Counted from the stretch's first letter, positions 24,209 to 37,373 are shown. The stretch: DNA of 64,000 nt from Microthyrium microscopicum (GCA_010405405.1 MU004233.1:2520539-2584538); one strand, 5' to 3'. Program-made: numbers and translations. The notes: generated from the letters alone by a model not told the origin.

Positions 24209-27057
24209 GATAGCGAGAGGTAACGATCGTAAAGTAGAGTGGCGGATAAGAAGGGAGACGGGGTTGGTAGGTATAAGGGTACTGTGCGAGTCAAAGAGTC
24301 AGCACGGGTCACAGTAGATGCGGGTGACAAGGTCAAACAGTAGGAGGCAGAGTAAGAGAGCGTGATTCATAGGTGACAAATGAGTGAGAGGAGAAAGTAC
24401 CTGGAGTGACTCGGAGGCCGGCAGCAAGCTACTGGAGCCTACCAAGTGAGCTGGGGCAAGACAGTAGCAGTAAGGCTATTGAACATTTGGCAGATTCGAG
24501 ATGAGAGTATACGCAGGCCAGAAGAGAGTGCAACTGCTTGGATAAAGAAAGTCCGGGTAATGGCAGTTGTCGATGTACTGGGACATGAACCGCGTTGCTC
24601 GCAGCAAGGGTCAGAAGACGAGATGGAGAGGGGCAATAATGGTGGGGCGGAGGTCAAGTCAGGTACGCGGAGGCAGGGAAAGTAGATTAATAGGCAGATT
24701 AGGATGGGGTGTATGGGGAAGTAATGAGTTGTGAGGGAGTAGAGGGAGTTGATGGAGGTTGGGACGCAGAGGTAGAGGAAATGGAGAAGATGAAACGAAA
24801 CGTTGGTCTAGTAGATGTATGTCGAGCTCTAGATGGCGTGAATGTTGGAGGAAAGGGAGCGTGGTTGATTGAGTGATGGACTGATGCTGGTTCTCGCTGC
24901 GACTACTGTGACTGGAGAGGCTTGACAGGGTAGACCGCTCGCTATAGAATAGGCTGGACTCCTGGAGGCACACCGCGGCCTTGACGAAATAGCTGTGACC
25001 AGATGTGTAATCTCGCATAGAACATTCTATCATTTTGAAGTAAGTATGTCGAGTATTACTTGTTTCCATCCCATGAATGCATCTCAATAAACTACTTCCA
25101 GCTCTTTGATCAACGCCATTACCCCTGAGAGCGACGGTAACCTTCTCAACACCAAGCCAACACCTAACCCGCTATTCCGTCCCTCTATCACCACCAATCC
25201 CATCACTAAACCGTAGCGTTGGTTGCCAGCTCCCCAAGCGTTCTTTTACAATCTGCTGGCCTGTGCCTTGCATCTCTATCAAGGAGCAACTCCAATCACT
25301 CCCTTATCCGCCTCCAAGAACCTGCATTACAATCCCCATCGACTGAGCTGTGGTTGCAAAAGAACACGCTGGCTAGCCACCTGTCACATCACCCTTCCTC
25401 GTCTCTGCATCCACTGCCCCCCTGCCTCTTGATCGTGCGCGCGCTCTCGCTTCCAGCTGCCTACGGTGGGTTGGCACAGTCTTTGACATGCAAAAGATCA
25501 TGGGGCGTGCGTCAACTGTCAATTGTCTGTCGGTTTATACTGCCCCTAAATTGTCCAGCTGCGTTCACCATCAGATGCTTTGGACTCGATATATCCATTG
25601 TAGCAGTTCATCAGTCATCTATCAAGCACAAGCAACAGACACGCCGATAACCAAACATCCATCTACTCGACCCGATATCTCCCGCCCATATCATTATCTA
25701 CATTTCCATGACGAGCACCCGTACGGACGATCTGTACCAAGCAAGAAGTGCTATCTAGGACCCACCAGCCCTTAAGCCCTTACGGTAGGACCAGTACGTG
25801 AGTATGTGTCTCTGATGTTCAGATCTCTTGATCAACCTCAATTACAAATGTCAGCACGTGATGCACCACCCTTCATCTCGCAACTACATACCTGCCACGA
25901 TCGATCATGCAGTGTCCAAGACACAAAAACCACAACCTTGACCTTTCCCTTGAGCCTCTTAGTTGAACCAGAATTGTGGCATTTGTGAAACACTTTGTCC
26001 GCTTGTTCCTGCATAGCCAGATATGTCTTACATGGGAGTCATGGTGAGCTTCTAAGCCTTGGATATGATCGTGACTTTTATGTCAGCGTGTTGCTCATAT
26101 TACATTTTCGCTATATGATCCAAGAGCGCGAATCCTGATCGATTTGAATATGCCGAATCATGTATGAACGATAGACAGAGGTTATGAGAATTGTGGTAAC
26201 GGCAGTAAAGCGGCACATATCGAAGAAAACGTCTGACTGGCTGCTTAAGTAGTAGCTTTAGCACTATAGCATCCGAGTTGTCTGCCATGTATAAGGTCAA
26301 GGGTGGTCGTTGTTACTGAGCTGTTTCGGTGGCCGGCTAGCCAATTGGATTGCTGGGAGCTGTTCACTATTACTTCATGTCTTCTGCTAGCTTTGCATAG
26401 CGGCTCCGCGTCTGATGTGGTTTACTATTATTTTCTCTGACGTCAGAAAGGCATTTGGCGTAGCTCATACCATTTCTAGGTTAGTGGTTGGTTGATAAGT
26501 GGTGGTAGTATGGCAGACAAAGTGATTGTTGTTGAAGCAGGAATGGATCAATGTGATATTGATGTATGTTGATACTGGTTACTAAGTTATCACACCAAGT
26601 GGTTGGCTTTGCTGTTTTCTGGATTATGAGAACGAAAGACAGTATGGGGTTTTCTGCAAATCAGTTTACGTACAATGCTTTTGCAAACTCCAGTGTGCCT
26701 GGTGGCTCGATGCGTAGAAATTCATCTAGTTTATGTACCAGCTTCATGAGAAGAGATCTTGGCGTGAAATGAATGATTCAATCTTATTTCTCACCCCTAT
26801 AGATCGCTATATTCCGAGAGATACATTTCAACAGACCGAACTTTTCAAAACGCAAGGTTAAGATGTAAAAAACATAAATGGTCGGTTTGATTGTCTTCGG
26901 TGGCCGAGTATCCTGTAAACAGTCATATAACGTAGAGCTCATAAGATCTAACTTCGTGGTATAACATTAGCCATACATATCGTCTGTATATCCATTGCGT
27001 CAAGTCAACACTTCAACTTGTTACGACACCATCTCTTTCCTTTGTCCCCTACCAACG

Positions 27058-28700
27058 ATGACCGACAAAATCCACGACATCCTCATAATGCGCCGGTCCC
27101 TGCGGTCTCGCCCTCGCTGCCCGCCTCTGCGAGCGTACCCCCAGCGCTCTCTTCACCGACGACGAGCACCAGCGTTACACATGGCTCTGTCGACACTCTG
27201 GACGTATGGCGATCAAGAACCATCGAAATGGCTCTGTTCGCGACCCAAAAACTTCGAGCCCTCCGCGCTATTCCACGCTTGTCCTCGATGCCTCAGGAGA
27301 TGAATGGCTAACAAATTGGGAGCGATTGTTTGAAACATTGCGGATCCAACAGCTACGAAACCCCAAGTTCTTCCACGTCGATCCGGCCCATCGAGATGCG
27401 TTGCTTGAGTTTGCGGTCACTTCCGGGCGTACGGGCGAGTGTGCTGAGGTTAATGGGTGTGTTGGGCGCGAGAGGAGCAAGCATGCGCGGAAGAAGGAGC
27501 GCGCTGCAAAACGGCAAGTACATTAGAAGATGCGATGGAGATCTTGACTAATAATGGGACTGTATAGGTTCAGAGAGCCAAGTGTTGATGAGAGAGATCG
27601 CGAAGGACTATTACACGCCGTCGAGTGGGCTATTCGTGGACCAATGTAGAGGCATTGTGGATCATTATTGTTTAAGAGATGGGATGATAAGGAAGGAAGT
27701 TGTTGAAGATTTAGATTATCATGTTGGTGATGGGGTTGGCGAGGGGTTGTTTACGGTAAAAACAAATAGGGGCATGCATCAGGCTCGAATTGTGGTTATT
27801 GCTGTTGGACCGGGAAATTCTCCGAGAATCCCGGGCCAGATTCCTGGTCAGCGGATTGACGGTGCATGCCATGTTATGCAGATGGAAAAGTTTCCAGATC
27901 CAGTGGTCAAGACGAAGATTACACGAGGCCAGACGACGAATGTACTTGTTGTAGGTGGCGGTCTGACATCTGCGCAAATTGGAGATTTGGAGATTAAGAG
28001 CGGTGTAACCAAGGTTTGGCATGTAATGCGCAGTCATCTCAAAGTCAAGCCGTTCGATCTCAACCTGGAGTGGCTGGGCAAATTTCGAAACGTCAAACAG
28101 GCTATTTTCTGGTCCGCGGACAGTGATGAGGAGCGATGGGAGCAAATTAAACTGGCAAGAAATGGAGGTAGCATTACTCCAACTTTTCATAAGATCATGA
28201 AAGCCCATGTAGCCAGAGGACGGTTGAGCGTGTTTACCAACACTGTTGTAGAGGCAAGGGTCTGGGATCCTGGCGCACAAAGGTGGACTGTTCAGACTGA
28301 GCCGGAAATCGACTTGCCTCCGCTGGACTACATCTATTATGCGACAGGCATACAAAGCGACATTCGAAGCCTGCCATTCTTGCAGACGATCCAGAAAAAG
28401 TTTCCAATAGAAAGCCATGGCGGGCTACCTTGCATCAACGATGATCTGATGTGGAAAGACGAAGTTCCGCTTTTCGTTACTGGACGACTTGGAGCTCTGA
28501 AGATCGGACCAGGAGCTGCAAATTTGGCTGGAGCGCGATCTGGTGCCGAACGTATCGCATGGTCCATAGCAGACATTCTTGACGAGAATGATGTCAACTT
28601 GGTGGATAAGGATCTTTCTTCGCTTGGTATAGGCAATCGTTACAATTCGCTTACGTCCGACTCGGAGACGGACCCTGATGAGAGTCAAGAGAGCGCTTAG
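27058..28700 (+). pseudogene. FAD/NAD(P)-dependent oxidoreductase (two-Rossmann flavoprotein, N-hydroxylase-like fold), apparently frameshifted twice
   Basis: MTDKIHDILI(I/G)AGPCGLALAARL..RTPSALFTDDEH needs a 2-nt restoration at about 27089. VDERDR/KDYYTPS needs removal of 1 nt at about 27602. The second dinucleotide motif VLVVGGGLTSAQ, YYATG and LFVTGRLGALKIGPGAANLAGAR are intact. Confidence 0.75.
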
Positions 28701-28833
28701 GTCGTGGTGTTGGATTTGTTGAGCCAACCAAAGTATAGCTTGCAGGCTAGAGCGATGTATTGCCATCTGTTGAATTTTCCAAACGCGGTCCACGACATTG
28801 AATGCTTATTAATGAACAAAATTGACTGTTATT

Positions 28834-30215
28834 TCAAGTCTCTTCCATCTCTTCCGTGTTTGGTGGTTTTATAAGATTAATCATGCTCTCCATGCATTCA
28901 ACGACGTCCGAAAGGTGGTTCCCAAGAAGTTTGACATGCCAGTCTGACGAAGATGGAGTTTGGACCGGCTTCTCCAATTTTCTGATGATGACCAAAGCCC
29001 GTTGTAGTTCTCGGCAGACGATTTGCGCCCGTAGCATAGCCTGTTCTTCGGGGTCAGGAGAGAAACAGCCAAATCCAATAGTCGGCATGAAGGGTGATCC
29101 AGATTGTGATCTAGGTGTACCTGCTTCGGATGAAGAAGAAGAGGGAACTGGGCGCACTACCTCTTGCGCCGACTGAGATCGTTGAAGATCTGTGCAAGCT
29201 GCCTTGAAGAGACTGGCCACATGCTGAGCAGCCGCTAGTGCTACCAGGGGACATGCAGAGGTGGTGTTATATTCTTCGTGAGAAATGACGAGATTTAGCT
29301 TTGCCATCGCTTGCTTGTTGACATGAAGAACTTCATCGACAGCGCAGAGCCCTTCCTTGACTTTGTCATCAAGCAATTGCAGAACCTTTGTACAGGCTGT
29401 GAGGCATGTCTCATCTTTCTCTATAGATCGTTCCGGTAACGTAAGTTGAGGCTCCGGAGGCTCCGAATACCGGCATGTTGCATCGCATGTATGATCTGGC
29501 TGCTCATCTGGTTGCTCATCATGTATTAGGCGCTGTGGAGATGGTGGGGCTAGTGAGAATCCATCGTGTCCAGACGCAGAAAATACATCTTCTAGCAAGT
29601 TACAAGCGCATTCCTTGGGCTCATTGGCCATATTAACACCGCTCGTATCCATTGACTGGGTTTGGTGATGAGAGCCGCCATTGTTGGCAAGGTGAGCTGA
29701 GCCTACGAATGGAGGTAGATTAATGAGAGAAGATAGATCACTAAAATCGTCGAACTCGTTCATTCCAGAGTCGAGGCCAGCATGGTTTTCTTGTGGGCCC
29801 AATTTCGACGAGGTTGCTGTGGCCATTGGCTGGTGGTTGAAAGCGTGGTAGTTCCACATGTGGTGGTGCAAATTGAACTCTCCAGAGTTCGTCATCGTAG
29901 ATGGTGATGGACATGATGATGCCGAATGACTCGCTGATAGTATACTGGGCGGACTGACTAAACCTTTGGGTTGAATGTTGGCGCGACGACGCTTCACTTT
30001 GCCAACTCTGGATTCAACGTAAACACATTCTAGACCCAGAGTTCGGCAGCGAGCGCATCCTGACTTTTCGCCGCTACAGCGAACCTAAAGAAAATAAGAT
30101 CAGAAAAGGTTACAGCCGGAATGCACTTTGGCAGGTATGCGCCAGCATAGAAGATATGTATATATACCTTTGAGGCATGGCAGCTGTTACATGCGGCTCG
30201 GAGTTTGACCGACAT
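28834..30215 (-). CDS. Zn(II)2Cys6 transcription factor (short, AflR-like architecture); intron 30167-30085
   Basis: Spliced N-terminus MSVKLRAACNSCHASK-VRCSGEKSGCARCRTLGLECVYVESRVGK gives the canonical six-Cys cluster. C-terminal region has FGCF..DPEEQ..LRAQIV..EL. Confidence 0.92.
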
Positions 30216-30514
30216 TTCCAATGACCTTCTTATAGCAAAAAAAAGTCGTGTCCAATGTTGTACTTTGTGCTCTGTAAAACCTGAATCGTCGATCCTGCGG
30301 AACTGGGAGCCTGACGCCGATAGCACACGGTGCTTCGGGTGTCTCGTAGGCTTCGAGTTGATCCGATCACAATGGAAGCACACACTCAAACAAGAGTTGC
30401 TGTCGAAGGAAGCCTTGGACTTCAAGTGATCTGGGCGTGAAACATTGACAATTGCTTCGGAGAAAAGGGGGGTCGTCGGGGTGTTATCCGTCACCAAATT
30501 TTGGGCTTTACGTT

Positions 30515-30547
30515 CACGTGCAAAGCACGTTTTTCGGGCTCCACGTG
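30515..30547. promoter_or_regulatory. Cluster of three bHLH E-box sites (CACGTG, CACGTT, CACGTG) about 300 bp upstream of the Zn2Cys6 ATG
   Basis: cacgtg 30515-30520, cacgtt 30526-30531, cacgtg 30542-30547. Confidence 0.4.
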
Positions 30548-31172
30548 TTTTGCTTGTCGCCGATTTCTGAGCTTCAACTTCAACATTACTCGGCCAGTCA
30601 TAAGATATCGGAACCACGAAGCCATCTCATGAAAAACTCTCATTTGATTTGAAACGATTAATCGGATGAAAACCTCAAAGTGTACCTCTAGGAATCTAAG
30701 GCTTCGCAAAAGAAATTCATGCTATTTAGTGCCCACCCAGTACGAGTCATCGTCTACGGGACTAATCACTGAAAGTTGCCACCTGCTAGGCTGAAAACCA
30801 AGCATTGTCGAAGGCAATAGGCTTTAGTTGGGAGCAATATGATAGCGCTGGATAGACCACTGAATACGGAGGCATGGATCCAAGTTCATGCTTGATGTCT
30901 CCGTACCGCGCGGCGAGCATCACTTCCAGTTGGTACTGGCATCAATACTCGCAGCCACACAATCAAGTCTCATGTACGATCACACTAGATGGTCTAGCCT
31001 AAGGATACTTTCTTTTTCATAGGCATGCAAACGGCTACATCCCCGGGTCAAGTATCATTGAGGCAAATCACATTGGTCACTGGACAACAGAAATCTCTTC
31101 TTTCACTTGTGTAGTAGAGCACAGGTTTTATTCAATTCGAAAACAGGTTAATGAGCGACGCAAGAGACATCT

Positions 31173-31487
31173 TTACGTAATGACTCGTTTCAACAGATTT
31201 CTCCAACGATGGCTTTCGTACACTCCTCGCCATCCCCCGGTCACCAATTCATAGCAGCTCCCGATTTGAAGAAGATAAGCCGCTATTTGTAGACTTAGTG
31301 CTGCCAAAAGGTTAGTAGGAGGAAATTTGGATGATGAGGTGTTACCATACTCCGCAGGAGCTGCATGCGCAGCCATCGCAGTTGCCAGCGCAGTTTTTGC
31401 AAGAGTCACAGGAGCTGTAGCGATGTTAGTAAATGGGGCGACAAGAGCAAGGATATTGGCGAATGGGCCAACTGACCAGGGAGACAT
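31173..31487 (-). CDS. Possible small orphan hydrophobic, Ala-rich protein (104 aa)
   Basis: ATG in a good fungal context (gatacaacATGtct) after an A/C-rich leader. No recognisable motif. Confidence 0.3.
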   Translation of the reverse strand: MSPWSVGPFANILALVAPFTNIATAPVTLAKTALATAMAAHAAPAEYGNTSSSKFPPTNLLAALSLQIAAYLLQIGSCYELVTGGWRGVYESHRWRNLLKRVIT

Positions 31488-32622
31488 GTTGTATCGTTTG
31501 AAGGGCTTTAAGCTCTTAGTGGTTGATGTCAAAGTGGCTTGTGGAAATGAAGACTTGATGGATATTTGGAGAATTTTGAATCTGAAGAGCAGAACACAGC
31601 GTCACAGCAGCTTTAAATAGTGCTGGATTTCATGATCACGAGAATCTCGTCCTGCGGAAAGATGTTGACCGCCCACGCTCAGATGCTACCATTAAGTAAT
31701 GCGAGGATGGTTCTGACAGCGGTTGATCATGATATCCAACATCATAGGTGGGAATGAACCCAAACGACATGCGGGGCCGCATTGCTTGAGCACAAGATGC
31801 CTTGTCTGCAAGAGTATACGGGGGCATGCACCAATCTTGCAACGACGATTTATCGTATCCTGATCCCCCAGAAGGAGGGTGTGGGGAAGAGTGGGCAAAC
31901 ATTTGTCAAAACCAGCACTCCAGAACAAAGTTCCAGCAGAATACTTGGTCATTACCGTGGGTGTATTTCAAATTGTTCAGAGACTTGGTGTTGACACTGA
32001 AGTGTTGGGGTGAAGTGATAGTTTGATACCTGATACATTCCGTAAGGACTCCATTTGTCAAGCCAATGAATCATAAAAGTCATGATTCTTTTGGAGATCC
32101 ATATTATATAACGAGTCAAATCAAGTTCCAATTCATCGAAAGTGATGTTCTTACTATTGGTGATATATAGCAACCCCCAATGGTGCTTGGGGACCTGTTT
32201 GAACGTTCGGTGACCGATCGGTGACCGACGGAGTCTTACGGCCACCCTTCTCAACTAAGCTTGCAAACTTTCAATCTTTCTCCCAATGAGACTGCATACT
32301 TAGATTCCGAAGGCCTAGTTATAATATCTCCCGAGCTATAATGAAAGAAACTTGATTATTCATGAATTCGTCGGCCCGCAACCTCTCGGTCCCTTACAAA
32401 TCTGCGGCTCCTGCCGCATGCATCCAACACACTGAACAACAAGAACATTAAGATCTAACACCCTGAGTCTCATTTGATTTATTTTGAGTATTGATCGAAA
32501 CACCTAACTCGCTCTTATAAATTTGACCTTTTCTTCGTCGCCAGCCTTTTAAATACTGGTTCTATCAGCTTGGGCTCCGGCATTCGTAGATTCTCGACAC
32601 AACCTCCATATCCAAATTCACC

Positions 32623-33910
32623 ATGGATAACAGTATACCTCTCCTGCGCCTGTTTACCAGAGACGATGAAGGCACCACCCCGCCGGCTTGCAATGCTGGC
32701 AACGATTATGATGGCCGCATAGGTGTGCGGATATCCGCTATATTCGTGATTCTCGTCATGTCTACTCTTGGTACGTATCTTGCAGACTGTCGTTCAGCCT
32801 TGGGGCTTGTTCTGAACTCCTGCTGACATGATCCTCTCATAGGTGCCCTCGTTCCAGTCATTTCGAGGCGGCGTACGCAAGACAATAAGCTCATGGAGAA
32901 GGTCTTCTTCTTCGCCAAGTATTTCGGCTCAGGAGTCATTGTTGCCACTGCTTTCATCCATGTAAGTTTTCTTATTATCGTTTTCCGGCATAGACATTTC
33001 TAACCATTCCAGCTTCTTGCCCCTGCCGTCGAAGCTCTCACCGACCCATGTTTGACAGGACCAATAACGGACTACTCATGGCCCTTTGCTATCTGTTTGT
33101 TCATGATCTTCTCCCTACTCTTTGTAGAGATCATGGCTTTGCGCTACAGCACATTCGGTGCTGACCATGGACACGACCACTCTCCCAAATTGACTGAGGA
33201 TGTGTTCGACGCCAAGGATAATCACCGTACCCAAGCCACCACTGAGACATCACATAAAGCCTCTCACGCTCCTGGAAGTGATCACTTGGGCCATGCTCGA
33301 GGGCACATGGATTTCTCCGAACAAAATGGCCACGACATACTCGAGCCCACTAGCCCGCACACGGAGTCACTGCCTGCACAATTGACTGCGATCTTCATTC
33401 TCGAATTCGGAATCATCTTCCACTCAATATTCATTGGCCTCACGCTCGCTGTGGCTGGTGACGAGTTCACAACTCTTTACATCGTGCTTGTCTTTCATCA
33501 GACTTTTGAAGGACTAGGTCTTGGAACACGACTTGCTTCTGTTCCTTGGCCAAAATCGCACGCGAAGCTGCCGTACTGGATGGCTCTTGGTTACGGGCTT
33601 TCCACACCGGTAGCCATCGCGATAGGCTTAGGCGTTCGAACTGCATATCCACCTGCCTCGGCGACGACGTTGATTGTGAATGGGATATTTGACTCTTTCA
33701 GCGCCGGTATCTTGATTTATACTGGGCTGGTGGAGCTTATGGCGCATGAGTTTATCTTCAGCCCTCAAATGCGAAATGCACCGATCAAGACGGTGATTGC
33801 GGCGTTTGTCCTGATGTGTTTCGGAGCTGGTGAGTTATTCAATATACATTCTGCGTTGCGCTTACTGACTGATTTTAGGTATCATGGCTCTGCTTGGAAA
33901 GTGGGCTTGA
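32623..33910 (+). CDS. ZIP-family zinc transporter (Zrt1/Zrt2-like), 4 exons
   Basis: C...NDYDGRIGVRISAIFVIL, FFFAKYFGSGVIVATAFIH-LL.PA, His-rich loop (DHGHDH, SDHLGHARGH), ILEFGIIFHSIFIGLTL, FHQTFEGLGLG, GILIYTGLVELMAHEF; last exon GIMALLGKWA*. Confidence 0.95.
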
Positions 33911-34101
33911 AAGAACATAGTCGAGGGAATGACTGTATGGTTGTTGCGATGGTATTGAGATCGCGTATTATCCACAGAGGGATTTCTTTCTTGTCGTACA
34001 TGCTAAGCAGTGCACAACCGGTGCTATGTTTCATAAAGAGTAGCAATTGTTGAACCATATCATTATCGAGCACTGTTGCGCGTTCAATTGAGAGTAACAC
34101 A

Positions 34102-35960
34102 ATGAATTTTATTCGAAAAATATTCCAGCCCCTGGACCCAACAACTCGATTCGAGACACAAGCCGTTGAGCCCCATCTACCTCAGGTACGCAAAGCATCC
34201 AGGCGGCTACGAGCTCGCCATGCTGTATACCTAAATCGGCGACAGGCTTACCGGCTCATTAAGACATCCATTTCTCGTCAATTTGTCCACAGCCCCTTAC
34301 AACTCGAGGACTCGATTCGCAATGTTGAGATTGAACCTAGAAACACTTCCTATGATTATGTGCACGTAAGAATTCTTCACGCACAGCTTCACGATATACC
34401 ACATGTTCACGCCGTCTCCTACGTCTGGGGTAAACTTAAAGCTCAACGTAGAGATGAAGCATTGATTATATGCAATGGAAGGTTCCTTACAGTTTCTGCG
34501 AATCTCGCAAACGCCCTGAAATCACTTGAACAGCAATATCGTTCAGTACCTGTTTGGATAGATAAGTCTCCTGTTTTTATGAACTTGTCTATTTGGTTGT
34601 GGAAGCTCTTGTGCACTCGCATGATGTGCATTTCGGCATTTGAGTCCCTCTTCATGGACAGATTAAGTGAGCCGTTTGGATGAAGATCCCTTCGAGTGCG
34701 ATAACTGCCACAACACATCTTAAAGACTGACTGCTTAATTACCATGGTGTTCGATAACTTGTTGTAAGTTTTGTGACGGCGATGGGATATAAAGCAGTCA
34801 CTTTTTCAAGAAGTGTTATGGCAGCCATCGTTATCGATTGGGATAGTCGTTGAAACGGCTCATTTATTTTGTCCTTACAAGTCCTTTACGAGTTTGAGAC
34901 TTTACTAACTTGTTTTAGATGCAATATGTGTAGACCAACGCCACAAACAACAACGCATATATCAGGTGAAGTTTATGGCTGACATATATCGAAATGCACA
35001 AAACGTACTTGTCTACCTAGCAGATGGAGAACACCCTTTAGGCTTGCATCATGCCGAATATCTGTCCGAACGTTTGCAGAAGACCTTCAGAGTCATCAGA
35101 AATATTGTAGAGGATCCTCGGGAGATGGATGGCATTCTAGCGAACTGGTCTAGCGGCGGCAGAATGAAGGTAGCGCTTCTTAAAGCCCTGAGCGACGCGA
35201 GATGGTTTCATCGAATATGGACAACGCAAGAGATTGGCTTAGCCAAGTTGGCAACCTTTCGGTACAGAGGTCAGGAGATTGAGCGGTTAACACTACATAC
35301 GGCCTATGCTCTCTGCAAGCGGCGAATACCCTCGACACTACTTCATTCGATACGTTTCCGCCCCGAAAAGATAGTGTTTCTCTACGACTGGGTATCTACA
35401 AACGCCAATTTGTCATTTTTGGAAGTTCTGGAGCAAACGGAATCTCGAGAGACGACAGACCCACGGGATCGAATCTATGCCCTCATGAGTCATCCTAGCG
35501 CTGAAGGAGTGGTTGATGTGGATTATAGCCAGACAGTATCAACAGTATATACTGACCTTGCCGTCAACATGATGGAAAGGGATGAAAACCTCAAGATTTT
35601 GTCATACATCATCAATCCGCGAAATGCTGTAGATCTGGGTATACCCTCATGGTTTCCTGCATGGCGTCTGCCAAGGCGTTCAAATCAACTTACGTTTGCA
35701 AGATCAAGTCTTGATGCTCGTGGGGATATTTTCAAGGAGAGGCCACCCGACACACCAGCATCTGCCGATATTCAAACAACGCTCGCTTTCGTAGTTTAAA
35801 CGTATCTGGTGTGATTTTTGGGCGGGTGATATACCGTCTGCGATGCATTGTCGATAGGGACTTTGATGCCTGGCGTTTCGTCTACAGCTACTGGAAAAGA
35901 CTCAAACACCATGATTTTGGAACAGAGTTGGCAATAGGTAAAAGCGCAGTCGCTCTTTAG
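34102..35960 (+). pseudogene. HET-domain pseudogene with a mutated splice donor, a frameshift and a truncated C-terminus
   Basis: HAVSYVWG..VSANLANAL..VWI-D-AICVDQ..QVKFMADIYRNA..V.VYL, WFHRIWTTQE, TDPRDRIYAL..VDY, PSWFP.W. The 357-nt intron 34562-34918 starts ATAAGT instead of GTAAGT. Frameshift near 35790 before LNVSGVIFGRV; stop at 35960. Confidence 0.8.
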
Positions 35961-37373
35961 ATAGTGTTATGGTAAACATCGCAGACGATGGCTGTACTCT
36001 ATCTCCTATAATGCTCACTTGTTGTGTGGCGGAGGGAAATGGTCTGGCGCAAGGATAAGCGAGGATATGGATGCTTTGCAAGCATTTCATCAGACTGTCA
36101 CTGGAAGTTTTTAGCACCGATAGAGTTACCAATATGATTAGGAGTAGTTGGTCTGTTTTCCCGCGTAATTTCAACCATATTTTATGAGTTGCTTTGAGAC
36201 ATTTGATTGTTCAAATAACTTATTCTCTACAAAAAGAGTCACTACTAACGATTGTTACCTCCTAATAAGCAATGAAAGAATGTAATGATCTCAACGAGGT
36301 CTAAGAAAAGATTATAACGTGGAACTAAAACCATATAATAGCTTTGGCGTTTGAATTGAGCTACTAATCATGCCTATAATGGAGCCAAAGGATACTGGAA
36401 ATAGAAACAAAATATCGTGGTCTATGTTCAAGCATTTCCCTCTAGAATGGGCTCTGGGCGCCTTGGTAACTCGGTAACCTCAACATACGAGCTCTTATAA
36501 CAGTAACCAATTGAGCTTTTATTAGTGAAATTGCTTGGAATCAATCTAACGGGATAGGGAAGACACGACACAGAAAGGAGGCTGTGTTGATTTCACCCCC
36601 CTTCCCATGCTCAAGGTTTCTCCATGGCTTCTGTCAGAAGAACCTGGCTCTGAAACATGTTAAAATTGATTACATTACAATGAATAGGCTTTGAGGATAT
36701 CGCAAAATTATGGAGAAGGAGATGCTCAATTGCGAAAAAATGGTAATTGAGCAGTCTTCAGCTTCGTGTCTGTTGGGAGTTGTAGAGGATCTTGGTGTGT
36801 CTGATCAACGCAGGCCTCATGACAATGACAGCTGAAGACACGATATGATTTGACGTGTATTGAACTTAGCATTTTAGAGTTTACGGCTCTCAGGAACAGT
36901 AAAAGGCAACACGAGACATGGTACGTATGTTGAAGGTGGCGATGCTCGCTCGCTACACCTTTGATTTGCACACCAACTCTTCCTGGTCAACACGAGGCCG
37001 GGTTGGGAGTCAATTATTTCTCCTTCAAACCTTCACCGCAGCACTGCCATTCTTGTCCTATCCCTCCTTCTCCTTGTTGGGACTCCGTTGTCAAGCTCCG
37101 CCAATATTGTATTAAAAGAGGCCGGTGCAACCAATGCGCATGCCGCCGTTAAAGCCTACACCTTCCCCGCCCTGACGCAGCAACCTGATCAACATCGTGT
37201 AACTCTCATCTCGCTCAACCCCAACAACAAACATCTACATCTACTTTTCCCAACAGCTTACAAGCATTGGATTTTCTTCATCCATCAACTGTAACACCAA
37301 CATTCACTTCCATCATCCTTTTAGCCCCTTTTCATCTCCAAATTTACCTCCAATATCCCCACCATACATCACA

